A DNA stretch of 64,000 nucleotides from Octopus vulgaris (lineage: Eukaryota): assembly GCA_951406725.2 (NCBI GenBank), contig OX597839.1, forward strand, positions 4,464,001-4,528,000. The letters run 5' to 3'. The notes beneath the pieces are model-generated. The model saw nothing but the letters and a program-made list of their open reading frames with translations, made no database searches and was not told the origin of the DNA. A program made the translations under genes and the position numbers. Below, one piece after another: positions 14,558 to 28,900 of this stretch. Within the stretch, counting starts at the first letter, position 1. Each line of letters starts with the position of its first letter.

Positions 14558-14592
<35 letters not shown>

Positions 14593-14802
14593 ATAATAAA
14601 TCTCTGAACGAGATGTAAACAGTAACTGCTCGACACCGTAAAGTATACTAGCCATCTCAATATGGCTAACCACTAAGGATGGGTGTTACTGTAGCTTTTA
14701 GCCCCAGGAGATCATCGTCTCCAGCTGGCTTTAGGCACACTTTCTGTGCCCTTATGGTATATGCAAAGGGAGGTCATCCCTCTCTCGTAAACCTAAGTGA
14801 TA

Positions 14803-14856
<54 letters not shown>

Positions 14857-14860
14857 TATA

Positions 14861-15160
14861 CCTTCGAAACGCAGAGTAGATGAAACCATGGCGACTGAAG
14901 AAGGGGAATTTTCCTTGTGTTATTTGTCCTGTACTCTATTTTTTTGTTGTTTAAGAAAAATGTCCAGTTCCTTGGTTTTATGCCTATGTTTTCGTTTCTC
15001 ATTGTGTTCGACGTTTTTTTTTATGTCCTGTACCCATATATGCGTGTATATATACATGTAGAGGTAGGTACGTACATATATGTATATATATATATGCATA
15101 TGTTTTATTTATTAATATATTATATGACAGAACGCACGCATCCATTTCTAAGTAAGATTG

Positions 15161-15162
<2 letters not shown>
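14861..15162 (+). mobile_element. Second copy of the 7028 repeat family
   Basis: Aligns to 7057-7360. Confidence 0.7.
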
Positions 15163-15208
<46 letters not shown>

Positions 15209-15277
15209 GCATGTATGTATATATATATACATATGTATGCATGTATTTGGACACATATGCACGCACTCTTATATATA

Positions 15278-15313
<36 letters not shown>

Positions 15314-15445
15314 TATATGTGGTTATATGTCACAGAATATGTGTCATTGTATTTATATATTTATATTAAAACAGATTTATTCACATACATTTAGAAAAGA
15401 AAAAAATTGCGACAATTTTTGAAAATAAATAAATTCAAATCAGCC

Positions 15446-15449
15446 AATG

Positions 15450-15531
<82 letters not shown>

Positions 15532-15600
15532 CAACAACAACAATAATAATAACAATAAAGATAAGGATAATAATAATAATACTGATACTGACAATAATAA
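15446..15600. repeat. (AAT)n microsatellite
   Basis: Direct tandem repeat. Confidence 0.95.
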
Positions 15601-15981
15601 TGTGCAGACAATATACAAATAAACACACACAGACACACACTTCAACAAACAAGAAAATTTGAACAAAATCACAGACAAAAAAAACCCCAACAAAATTTGA
15701 TAAATTTGGTGTAGAAAATAGCAACAATTTATCGTGTTTTTTCATAGAATAAAATAAAATATATCGTTATTTAGTTATTTTATTACAATAAAATCGAGAA
15801 CTTCCCACCCCATCGCCTTCACCATCGTCCTCTCCACCGCCATAAACTTAATGCTACGCGCCAAATAAAAGAAAACAAATTAGTACCCCCGGTTCAACAC
15901 AGCCTGACTCTACTCTCCTCCAAGCTACTCTAGTTCACCATGTATCATACCATACAACGCACACGCACACACACACACACC

Positions 15982-16013
<32 letters not shown>

Positions 16014-16377
16014 CACAAACACAAACAAACAAACGCACAAACATATACATATATATATATATACATATATATGGAGATATATGCATGCATGTATATATAT
16101 GTATATATATATATGCACACACACACACACATACACACACACAAACAAACAAACGCACAAACATATACATATATATATATACACACACATATATGGAGAT
16201 ATATGCATGTATGTATATATATGTATATATATATATACATACACACACACACACACACATACACACACACACATATATATATATATGCGTATATCTATAT
16301 TTCTATGTGTGCATATATATATGTGTGTGTGCGTGTCTATGTGCATGTATATATATATATTCGATAGACAGATAGAC

Positions 16378-16432
<55 letters not shown>

Positions 16433-16680
16433 CAAAGAGATAGATGATAGAGAGATATAGATAAATAGATAGATAGATATATGGATGGATAGATAGATAA
16501 ATAGATAGATAGATGGATAGATATAGATATATAAACAGGCTGACAGAGAGAGACAAACAGACAGACAGATACATAGATATTTTGATAGATTATCAAAGAG
16601 ATAGAGAGTTAAATAAGTAGATGGCTACATACACAAATGCATACACACCTTCAATGCTGCTGCTGCTGCTACTGCTACTG

Positions 16681-16716
<36 letters not shown>

Positions 16717-16793
16717 AGAACATTATCATAAATATTATTATTATTTTTATTATTTCCTTTTCTTCTTGTTATTATCCTTAATATTGTTATTTT

Positions 16794-16840
<47 letters not shown>

Positions 16841-17117
16841 CTCTGGTTGGTAATCTTTTTTTCCTTTTCTTTGTTGTATTTGAATGAAGTCAATTTGTAT
16901 ATAAAAGTCATTAATCAAAAATGTGTGTGACTGCGTTGTAATAAATGTCGGAATTTGATTTTTGACGAAAAAAATAAAATTATAATAATATACAAAAACA
17001 AAACAAAAAAAAAAATCAAAATCAACTGAAACAACACAAAATCTGTCGGTCGGCCATTTTGCTTCTTTCTTGTTCTTTGAGATTTGTATATGTAAAATTT
17101 TAAGAATAAGTGTGCGC

Positions 17118-17170
<53 letters not shown>

Positions 17171-17184
17171 TATATACACATACA

Positions 17185-17234
<50 letters not shown>

Positions 17235-17391
17235 CATATATATATATATATACATACATGTACATACATATTCATACATATACATATGCATGCATATATC
17301 TGTCTATGTCCATGTATATGCTGTTATCGTGATTTGATGCTGTTTTTAACATGTATCTATAAATCTATATATCACATGTATACATACATAC

Positions 17392-17436
<45 letters not shown>

Positions 17437-17442
17437 TACATA

Positions 17443-17521
<79 letters not shown>

Positions 17522-18136
17522 GTATGTATATCTACATGCATATATGAGATATGATATTCGTATGTCTATGTGTACAGTCGAGTGTTAGCATTTTCTAACG
17601 TTTTTCAAGACAAAAATTGGCTGGCCACTTATAATTCGTTTTTGTCCTCGTATCCATACACACTCGCGCGCCGCACACACACACACTAATACACACACAC
17701 ACGCATACACACGCACACAGATACAGACACACACAAACATACATACATACGCATCTATATCTGCTTTCCTTTTCGACGGAATATACTAAAAGTACGCTTG
17801 CGTTTTAGATCTGATTTTTCATTTTATTTCTAAAGTAAAATTTCTCGTCAGTTTTTTTCAGAAGATCAAAAGTCACTGAATCCATCAACGTTCTAGACTT
17901 TCCTTGCCTCATCATCAGAATAATGTGTTGCAGGTCTTCTCTATATGTTGTTAGCAATTGCAAGAGGATTTTCTATTCCGATATGTAATGTAAGCTAGTT
18001 ATTACCTTATTACAGATATAGTATCTTGTGCGACATGCACCTAGTGCTATTTCTGTAGAAATAATTCAAGATATACCAAAAAATATAATGGAACCAATAA
18101 TGCATTCATAGAAACATAAATACTTACATATACACC

Positions 18137-18216
<80 letters not shown>

Positions 18217-18353
18217 AAAGTAAAAAAATATACAAACTGGGACAAGAACGTGAAACATTTAGAAGACGACACAAAAAACACGGACGGGACATTCGAAGCC
18301 CTCGATCATCAGTCAAGAACCGGATCATCTTCGCAATTTCGATATATATATAT

Positions 18354-18495
18354 ATCACGTGATCACGTGACCGACCAGGCTATCAGACGTTGCTACACAT
18401 CGCTGGTCACAATGCGCTTCGCATTGTTTTAGCCTTCAAATGACGCCACCCCGCTGGTTAAGTGAGCAGGCCAACAGAAGAAAGAGTTGCGAAAA
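18354..18495 (-). mobile_element. SINE family C, 3' part (tail type 2)
   Basis: atcacgtgatcacgtgaccgaccaggctatcag...gagcaggccaacagaagaaag; matches 36774. Confidence 0.85.
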
Positions 18496-19270
18496 AGTGA
18501 TGTTCACAGTATTTGGTAGATGTTTCGCAAGTTAAATAAAGAATATTAACCAAAAAATGGTTTTAAACCATTGTTGAATTATCTGTACTGTTCATGTAAA
18601 TTTGGTCAAAAATGAAGGATTTAAGGGCAAAAAACAGGTTTTCTAATCAGTTTTCCGCAATTGTTGGTCATACGTGGATGAATTCTGTGCATTTCGGAGT
18701 CTCCTAACGTTATCCTTGGGGTGAGTAAATAGTGTGTAAAGTTTGAACGCAATGCACCAAAGCAGTGAGAAGTTTTTTTGAAGATTTAAAGGGGAAAAAA
18801 GTGTATAAAACCGACTTTTTCACAGTTTCCAAGCATAGAGATTGTACACGGTGTTATTAGATCGAGGGTCTTTTTGAAGTGACTTAAAAGTTGGGAATGT
18901 GTTTGTAAAGGTCAAACCAAAAACAGGAAGAGAGGAAAAAACAAGAGAGAGAAAATATAAAAGCGGGGAGATAATAAAGAGATGAAGAGAGGGAGAGTGT
19001 ACTGGCTAGTGGTCAGTCAGGATAAATTGATAGAAGGAAAGCTGAGGTGACGGTGAGTGAGAGAGAGAGAGAGAGAGAGAAAGATATGAGTTTGTAAAGA
19101 GATGAGAGGGTAAAGAGTAAAGGAGTGCGAGGTATGTAGAGATAGAGCCTAAGTGGAGGGCAGAGAGAAGGGGTAGGGGTAGTAATATTGTAGTAAAATG
19201 TTAATAGATTCGCACCCACATATAAACACACACACACATATATATACATATATATAAAAGTCAAACAAAA

Positions 19271-19308
19271 CAGTCCGAAGAACGGGAACGTGAAACTCTG
19301 AGTAACAG
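19271..19308 (+). ncRNA. Hammerhead-like motif, CCGANGA core variant
   Basis: cagt CCGAAGA acg-ggaa-cgt GAAA ctc-t-gag TA acag; stem I imperfect. Confidence 0.5.
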
Positions 19309-19342
19309 CATTTTTTTTATATCTTTACAGCTTCATTAATAA

Positions 19343-19403
<61 letters not shown>

Positions 19404-19406
<3 letters not shown>

Positions 19407-19594
19407 AGATCGTTAGCCACTACAAACATTTTTCTTCTCTCCTTGTTTCTCTCCTTGTTTTCTGTGTCCCTTTCTGTAGAAGAGCGTAGGCTCGAAACGT
19501 AAAATACTTTTTTCTATTCCTGAGCGTTATACTAATACATCTGTTTGTTTTGTACACCGCCTGTCTTCGTCTTTTGTTGTTTTTCGTAAACTCT

Positions 19595-19597
<3 letters not shown>
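19404..19597 (+). mobile_element. ~190-bp repeat carrying a hammerhead-like motif with a CTGTAGA core (19470-19505)
   Basis: cttt CTGTAGA a gagc-gtag-gctc GAAA C GTA aaa; other copies at 29973, 30821, 31651 and 37095; ends in ctccc(TA)n. Confidence 0.75.
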
Positions 19598-19651
<54 letters not shown>

Positions 19652-20664
19652 CAGGTGTATGTATTTGACATCAGGAAAAAACCCATAATTTCTAAAATGT
19701 GCAACGATATAAACGGATAAAAAAAGGTATCAAAATTTTCTTTACAATTTAATACTTTCTGGTCATCTGATCTAATTTCTGAAAATCGACAAAATAAATC
19801 ATAAGAAAACAAAACAAATAACTAATTCCTTTTCATTTTTGTTTTCTTCGTCAACGTCAATCGTTTCGTGTCTCCTCAATCTCATTTTCTTTCTTCATGT
19901 CAATTAATTTTCACTTCTTTATTTTTATGTTTCTTCATCTTAATTAGTTTTTTTTTTCCCTAACTCAGATTTTATCTTTCATCTTCCATGTCAGCGTTTT
20001 TCGTTCCTCTCATTTGTATTCTTCCTCTTTCATTCATTCATTTCAGTTGATCTTTTTTTTCTTCTTTAAATCAACTTTTCATCCTTCATTTTCATCAATT
20101 CCTGCAGCTTCTTTCACGCGTTTCTTTCACATCAATTGTTCGCGTTCTTCAACTTCTATTTTATAAGGCTGGTACTACAATAGCGAAAGCCGGCTTTATT
20201 TTGGAATAACGTTTAATTTAACTATGTCCATAATATATGACATTTTGAAGCGTAGAGTTTGCGCTATTGATTTATACTAATAGTCCTGCCTTCAATTGAC
20301 GGCTAAAATTGAAACGAACTCATGTACAACAACTATAATAATTGCAGGAGAACTAAAAAATGACCACTAGAAAGTAGAGTAAAACAAAAATGAAGAAAAA
20401 AGAAAGGAAAACTGCTTGGAAAATTGTATCGCGCGAGTTAAAGCGAAATCGTAAATAATCATTATTGTAAAATTTGTTGTTTGCTTTTTCATTTTTTTTT
20501 CTTTTTTCGCGCGAGGAACACGCTTCATTTCTTGATTGCACTGTGATATTTGACGAAAATAAATTCTATACCACAGCTTCCAGCATTCACCGAATTGGTT
20601 GGATGAGATAGAGCATCAGCACAACGTTCCTGAAACTGAGTCATGATCGATGTTTGGTTATTGG

Positions 20665-20910
20665 CGTAAAGGCACGAAGCTTGATTAGGGTGTTGTACTC
20701 ACGATCCCTAGTTCCTGGCTTTGTTTTTCTGACCGGTGGCGAGTTGTGTTATTGTCCAAAACACTATTTTACGTTACTCCAGATAATTCAGCTGCGAATG
20801 ATTAACCCTGCGAGGGACTGGCATCTCATTCGGTGGAAATGTTATCGCGATCACTTAAACACATGAAAACCGAGAAAGCAACCATGTGAGACCTAGGACA
20901 TGAGACAGCC
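20665..20910 (+). mobile_element. Old diverged tRNA-derived SINE with V/Meta-like segment
   Basis: aaccctgcgagggactggcatctcattc resembles the CCCTGCGATGGACTGGCATCCCATCCAGG motif; degenerate head upstream. Confidence 0.5.
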
Positions 20911-21099
20911 ATTTAGATTAATTTTTGTTTTTGCATAAATTACTATAGAACTTTTATTTTAGTTTTTCCTCCTTTGCAACACATTTCCCACTTCACCTTC
21001 ATTTCTATTTTCATCTTTCTACTAAATTATTTTCCTTGCTTAAACGCTTTATTCATAGCATTCATTTCAAATACTTTGCTTTTATTTTTTTCTTTCCAT

Positions 21100-21920
21100 T
21101 TTTCATACCTCATGAGAAAATGAAGATTCTTTTATCCTTCATTTTAAATTGATCCTTCATCTTTAAATGAAGGAACAATATTTGATCCTTAATTTCCAAA
21201 AGAAAAATCAACATTCTCTGTGCCTTATTCTCAATCGAATCCTTGATCTTAAAATGAAGGATTAACCTTAATTGCTATTTCGTGCACTTGATCTTTTACC
21301 TTAAAATGACTTTCATATTTCCATCTTTAATTTCAAAATGAAGAATCAACGTTTTTGTCTATTCATCTTAAATTGATTCTTCGTCTGAAAATAAAGGCTC
21401 ATCCTTAATGGACACTTCATGTCAACTTGATCCTCATTTCTAAATAACAGATCAAACTAAACTGACCCGTTCTATGAACTTGACCATTCATCTCTAAATG
21501 AACAACATTATTTGACTCTTGCGCTCAACTTCATGTTTGATTTCCAACTAAAGGATAATTTCATTTCTCATCTGAATTTGATCTTTCATTTCAAAATTAA
21601 AGATAAATATTTTTCGATCTTTGACCTCAACGTCATCTTTCATCTCAAAACTGAAGGATCAATATACTTGATCTCTCATCTGAACTCGATCCTTCATTCC
21701 AAAATTAAAGGTGAACATTTTTCAGTCCTTGAGCTCAACTTTGCCTTTCATTTCAAACTGAAGGATCAATGTAATTGATCTCTCATCTCAACTTGATCCT
21801 TCATTTCAAAATTAAAGATGAACATTTTTCAGTCCTTGAGCTCAACTTCGCCTTTCATTTCAAAGTGAAGAATCAACATATTCAATCTCTAACTCGAAAC
21901 TTGATCCTTCATTTCAAAAC
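21100..21920. repeat. Degenerate tandem array of ~53-bp units with a palindromic core; 107-bp dimer period at the right end
   Basis: Recurrent (t)tgatc(c/t)ttcatttcaaaa(t/c)(t)gaagga(t)caa; cagtccttgagctcaact at 21723 and 21830. Confidence 0.8.
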
Positions 21921-22484
21921 AAACAATTAATAGTTTAATTTTATCCTTTATCGCAACTTTATTTCTAGTTTTCGTCTTTCACCTTGGAAATGATATGACA
22001 GTTACTTCTGACAAGGTCCTATGAAAAAGGGCGCCTGCAGATGATTGTAAATGCCACGATCCTCTCAGGAATATTGTGCGCAGAAACTGGATGGATGGAT
22101 CTCTCACCTAAACTCTTTTCGTCTTAATGATTTCTGTCGTCTTTCGCTCATTTCCCTTGTTCTTTGATCTCGTAAGTTCCCCTTCTTTCAATCTTTTTTT
22201 CGTTCACGTTAATTATGTCTTCACCCTATTTTTTGCTGTCACTTTTCCTTCTTCGCTTCTACCGCATATCTTTCCTTCATTACTATATTACTTCATTCAC
22301 GCATGTTTCTTTCGTTGTAACATTTCCGTCTTTCGTTCTTCACAAGAAACGCCTGCTTCCGTATAATTTATATCCCCTTCATTCCTCTCAAATGATTTTA
22401 CTTTCATTCCACACCATTTTCTTCCTTCATCTTAATTATTTTACTTTGAATTATTTCAATTTTACTTCTGTCACATCAATTATC

Positions 22485-22898
22485 TCTCTTTTACTCTTTA
22501 CTCTTTCACTTGTTTCAGTCATTTGACTGCGGCCATGCTGGAGCACCGCCTTTTAATCGAGCAAATCGACCCCAGGACTTATTCTTTTCGTAAGCCCAGT
22601 ACTTATTCTATCGGTCTCTTTCGCCGAACCGCTAATGTAACGGGGACATAAACACACCAGCATCGGTTGTCAAGCAATGCTAGGGGGACAAACACAGACA
22701 CACAAACAAACACACATACATATATATATACATATATACGACAGGCTTCTTTCAGTTTCCGTCTACCAAATCCACTCACAAGGCATTGGTCGGCCCGGGG
22801 CTATAGCAGAAGACACTTGCCCAAGATGCCACGCAGTGGGACTGAACCCGGAACCATGTGGTTGGTTAGCAAGCTACTTACCACACAGCCACTCCTGC
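22485..22898 (-). mobile_element. SINE family A, full length
   Basis: Near-identical to 2297-2714. Confidence 0.9.
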
Positions 22899-22999
22899 TT
22901 ACCACACAGCCATTCACCTTTCCATATAAACTTCTCCCTTCTCACCACAATTTTTCTTTCGCTCTTTCCACTTCATTTACTTCTCTCATCTAAACTTAT

Positions 23000-23445
23000 T
23001 TAATCTTTTACTTCGTTCGGTTATTGGAGTGCGGCCATGTTGGGGCATCACCTCGAAGTGTTTTAGTCCAACAAATCGATTCCAGTACTTATATTTTAAG
23101 TCTGGTACTTTTTCTAACATTCTCTTTTGCCGAACAACAATGTTACAGGGCTTGATACAAACTAACAACAGCTGTCAAGCAGTTGCAAGGGTAAACACGC
23201 AAAAATCCACGTGCATACACGCAAACACACGCACCATAAATCACACACACACACACATACGTACGCGCGCACATACACACATGCAATGGGACTCCGTACA
23301 GTTTCCGCCAAGCAAATTCAATCTCAAATCATTGGTTGGCCCCAGAGTTTTAATAGGAGACATTTGTCTTAGGTGCCTCGCGGTGGACTTGAACGCGACA
23401 TCGCGTGGTTAAAAAGCAAGACCCTTAACCACATAGACATACCTA
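23000..23445 (-). mobile_element. SINE family A, old diverged copy
   Basis: gcggccatgttggggcatcacc...ctcttttgccgaac...cagtttccgccaagcaaattc...ggtgcctcgcggtggacttgaac. Confidence 0.75.
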
Positions 23446-23656
23446 TTTCATTCTCTAATTCAAATTTTATTTCTTTCATCTTGCGACTCTCTCACGCTTT
23501 TATTTGAATAATTCCTTCACTTCAAATATTCTGTTGCTCCTTCATTCCCCTCTGGTTTTATTAAAATCAAATCAGTTGTTGTCTCGGCGCGAAACGGCTG
23601 TGAAATTTACTTCGCAATTTCGAGGTTACAGGTTCTGTACGACAACGTGGTATTTA

Positions 23657-23890
23657 AGGCGGAGAGCTGGCAGAAACGTTAGCACGTCGGGCGAAATGCT
23701 TAGCGGTATTTCGTCTGCTGTTACGTTGTGAGTTCAAATTCCGCCGAGGTCGACTTTACCTTTCATCCTTTCGGGGTCGATAAATTAAGTACCAGTTACG
23801 CACTGGGGTCGGTGTAATCGACTTAATACCTATGTCTGTCCTTGCTTGTCCCCTCTATGTTTGGCCCCTTGTGGGTAATAAAGAAATAGG
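23657..23890 (+). mobile_element. SINE family B, full length
   Basis: Matches 11290; flanked by ggtatttaagg / ggtttttaagg (imperfect TSD). Confidence 0.9.
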
Positions 23891-24415
23891 TTTTTAAGGG
23901 AAATCTCATTTAGAGAAGTTTAAGATCACAACTGCGGTACGACCCAAGTTATAGGAACAAACCAAGTTGCGAAGTAGGAAATTTTGCAGAGCAGGAAACT
24001 GTGCGGAAGCACATGGAATCCATTGCATCCTTCGATAATCCAAACAGCCACTTTTGTCACACGCTGAGGCACATTGAGCCTACCTAAGATTCACATTAAA
24101 GACACCCGAGTCTCCCGTGCTTCTTCCGCGAAAAGATACATCACACGTTCGAACAGCTACATACGCATCACCGTGAACGACGAAGATCCATTTTTATATT
24201 TTTATATCTTTTTCTTCCACATCAATGATTTTTCACTCTCATTTCTTCGTTCCTCTTTTGACTCGTTCACATCAATAGTCCTTTCCGCTTCCATTTTCTC
24301 ATCTGTTGTTTCCATTTTTATCCAATCATCTTTCGCATCGAGGTTTCGTATTAAATTAGTTTCTTTCATTGCGTTTTTTAAACAATGTTTTTTGTCGTAT
24401 ATATATTTTTTGTCG

Positions 24416-26350
<1,935 letters not shown>

Positions 26351-26793
26351 GCCCCAAAACACAGAAGGGAATGAACAGTGAACTGACAGACGAGAAAGAG
26401 TTTCCTATTAGCAACGGTTCTTAGATAAAAAAAAAATCCATTAAATTCAAGACCCAGAAATAAACCGTGTCAAACAGTAAAACAAAACAAAAAAACAAAA
26501 AAATAACTCAGAAAATCAATAAATAAAAAAAAAATAAATCAAATAAAATGGTAAAGATGTCTCCAAGAGTTCAAGAGATAAGAAAAGGAGCAGCGTTCAG
26601 GAAACTCGCCTCCAGAGAGAGAAACAGAGAGCAAGTAAGACCATTCCATTCCTTATCGCCATAGAGCTTCATCATTTTGCAGACAGACAGATAGGAGGGT
26701 ACTTTGCGAATTGCACAAATATATAGCTTTCTTTCTATCTTACTCTTCTCTCTTTCCCTTTATCTTTCTCTCCCTCCCTCCCTCCCTCTCTCT

Positions 26794-26845
<52 letters not shown>

Positions 26846-27545
26846 TAATAATATTAGGGTGTATGGCTCCAAACTTACAGGGAAAAATTAGATATAGGAT
26901 TAAATCAAATTTCACAGTATACACATATAAAATATGAATTAGAGATAAAACCACTATTAGGCAACTCAAACAGTGATAGACATGCACCAATACATAAATA
27001 ACAAATAATATAAATATAATTAATATAATATATAATATATATATTAAATATAAAATTTAAAATTTAAATGATTTTTTATTTTATTTTATTTTTTTAAACC
27101 AAAAAGTATAAAAAGAATGATAACTATAATAAGTAAAAACGCTACGTACGTTTCATGGCTATAATTATCTCTAATTCATATTTTATATATATATATATAC
27201 ATACAGAATTTAACGGACTGCCCACTAAAAATGGACAGCCTATATGCTAGATATAGACGTCAAATCGCTATTTTCCACGAAGAATCAGTTCTCAAGAAAA
27301 AACTCAGCAAAAAACCCAAAGTGTAAAAATAAGCAAGACAAATGAAAATATACGACATGAAACGATTACCTATGTACTAATTAGTTTAACTTGTTAATAT
27401 TTACGTATATGGACACGCAAACATCTGCACGATCATCAGCATAGTCTGTCGCTTACAAAACACAATTTCCAGAACTAGATACAGAACGCTCAACCGAAGT
27501 CCAGCATGTATAAAGTTCTACAAATTACATTTATGTGTATCTTTC

Positions 27546-27579
<34 letters not shown>

Positions 27580-27724
27580 TGTGAGAGTTTTCAGTTCGAA
27601 TCGCACGTGTCTCGAGATGTGCTGGAGATTTTCTATTTTGGATATATTTGGGGTACTTAGGTCTGCTCATGACTGAGTGCTTGCTTCTTCCATGGGTATG
27701 AGTAAGTATTTCATTTATATCTTA

Positions 27725-27795
27725 CGTGTTTATCGCTGACGAGGAGAAAATTCTTATGAATTAACTCTGAAATTGGGACCGATACGATAATAACG
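27725..27795 (+). ncRNA. Type I hammerhead ribozyme, near-canonical
   Basis: Stem I TTATCG (27730-35)/CGATAA (27785-90); core CTGACGA (27736-42); stem II GGAG/CTCT enclosing aattc-ttat-gaatt; GAAA (27769-72); stem III ATTGG-ga-CCGAT; AUA cleavage triplet ending at 27784. Confidence 0.75.
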
Positions 27796-27935
27796 AAATT
27801 TTTTAGAAATCTCTGTCAGCTTGTTTTGAGACGCGTTGTTTATAGTGTTAGATTATATGGTTATTGACAATTTTCCTATTTTCGGCATATTTAGCATTAG
27901 AATATTTTTCTTTTGCCCTTTTTATAAGTTTATAA

Positions 27936-28008
<73 letters not shown>

Positions 28009-28083
28009 GTATATATGTTTGCATATTTATATATGTTTTGAAACAAGAAATTCACCAAAATATATTTCAGCAATACGGAAATT

Positions 28084-28597
28084 TTATTCATCAAAGTAAC
28101 TACCGTTACAATCAACATATTTTTGCCAACGAGTTGCAAGTTTGTTTATTCCGGTAACATAAAATTCTGGCGTTCTGGAGCTGATAAACTCTTTGAACAA
28201 ACTTTTAGCATCGGCTTGTTTGAACTTCTTCTCTCTCAGGAAACTATCAAGGTATTTGCTAGTCGGTAGGAAAAATGTCTGGGAAAATAAGCTGGATGGG
28301 GTAGAACTTTATAGCCAAGTTAACTCAACTTCTGGAGCGTCATTAATGAAACGTATGGTCGAGCATTGTCATGAAGAAGGATTGTCCCTCTTCTGTGGAC
28401 CAGTCTGGGATGGAGGAGTAGCAGCTTTTCGTTCATTTTGGCAATTTTACGGCAATATGTTTCTGCTGTAATGGTTTTTCCGGGTTATAGTTGGTGAGCC
28501 CAGCAGTACACCACCAAACAGTCACCATAACCTTCTTTTTGAAGAGTTCGGGTTTATGGAAGGCTTTCAGTGCTTCATTTAGGTCCAACCACTGCAA
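28084..28597 (-). pseudogene. Mariner transposase fossil, C-terminal half (Hsmar1/cecropia-like)
   Basis: Minus-strand fragments QWLDLNEALKAFHKPELFKKKVMVTVWWCTAG, RRGTILLHDNARPYV, LGYKVLPHPAYFP, FISSRTPEFYVTGINKLATRWQKYVDCNGSYFDE*; frameshifts and stops present. Confidence 0.85.
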
Positions 28598-28613
28598 AGA
28601 AGGTTTTTTTTAT

Positions 28614-28839
28614 CAACTGTAAGACTATATGTGACCGCGTGTGTATCGTTTGCGATTTTTTCCCCTCCGTCTTCTCTTCCTTGGATCTTTGTTTTTCTTA
28701 TGTTTCTGACGAAGAGCTCCACTCGAAACGTTAAATCCTCCTTCTTTCTTTCCTTTCCTGAGCGTCCAGTAACACTATATTTGTTCCACGTCCTCGCGTT
28801 GTTGTGTTTTCTCTTTGTGTTTCCATGTTTGGATTAACT
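28614..28839 (+). mobile_element. Short repeat with a minimal hammerhead motif (28702-28736); 5' end carries the remnant of a second hammerhead
   Basis: gttt CTGACGA a gag-ctcca-ctc GAAA C GTT aaat. Starts caactgtaagactatatgtgaccgc, matching the 3' end of the hammerhead at 30173-30220. Confidence 0.75.

Positions 28840-28900
<61 letters not shown>

Noticed and set aside
14680-14730. Weak hammerhead-like strings here (minus strand) and near 7030-7070 and 18290-18330
   Set aside because: The core has several mismatches and the stems cannot be drawn convincingly.
16668-16838. (TAC)n and (GTA)n tracts that could pair as a hairpin
   Set aside because: Complementary microsatellites in proximity are expected by chance at this repeat density.
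21100-21920. CRISPR-like appearance (palindromic repeat plus spacer)
   Set aside because: Linkers are related to each other, repeats are highly degenerate, there are no cas genes and the context is eukaryotic.
26558-26640. Possible short first exon (MSPRVQEIRKGAAFRKLASRERNREQ followed by gtaaga)
   Set aside because: Too short, with no recognisable homology or partner exon; compatible with chance.
27136-27180. Minus-strand half hammerhead (tatagccatGAAAcgtacgTAgcg)
   Set aside because: The CUGANGA half is missing, so it is only a remnant and is not counted as a ribozyme.
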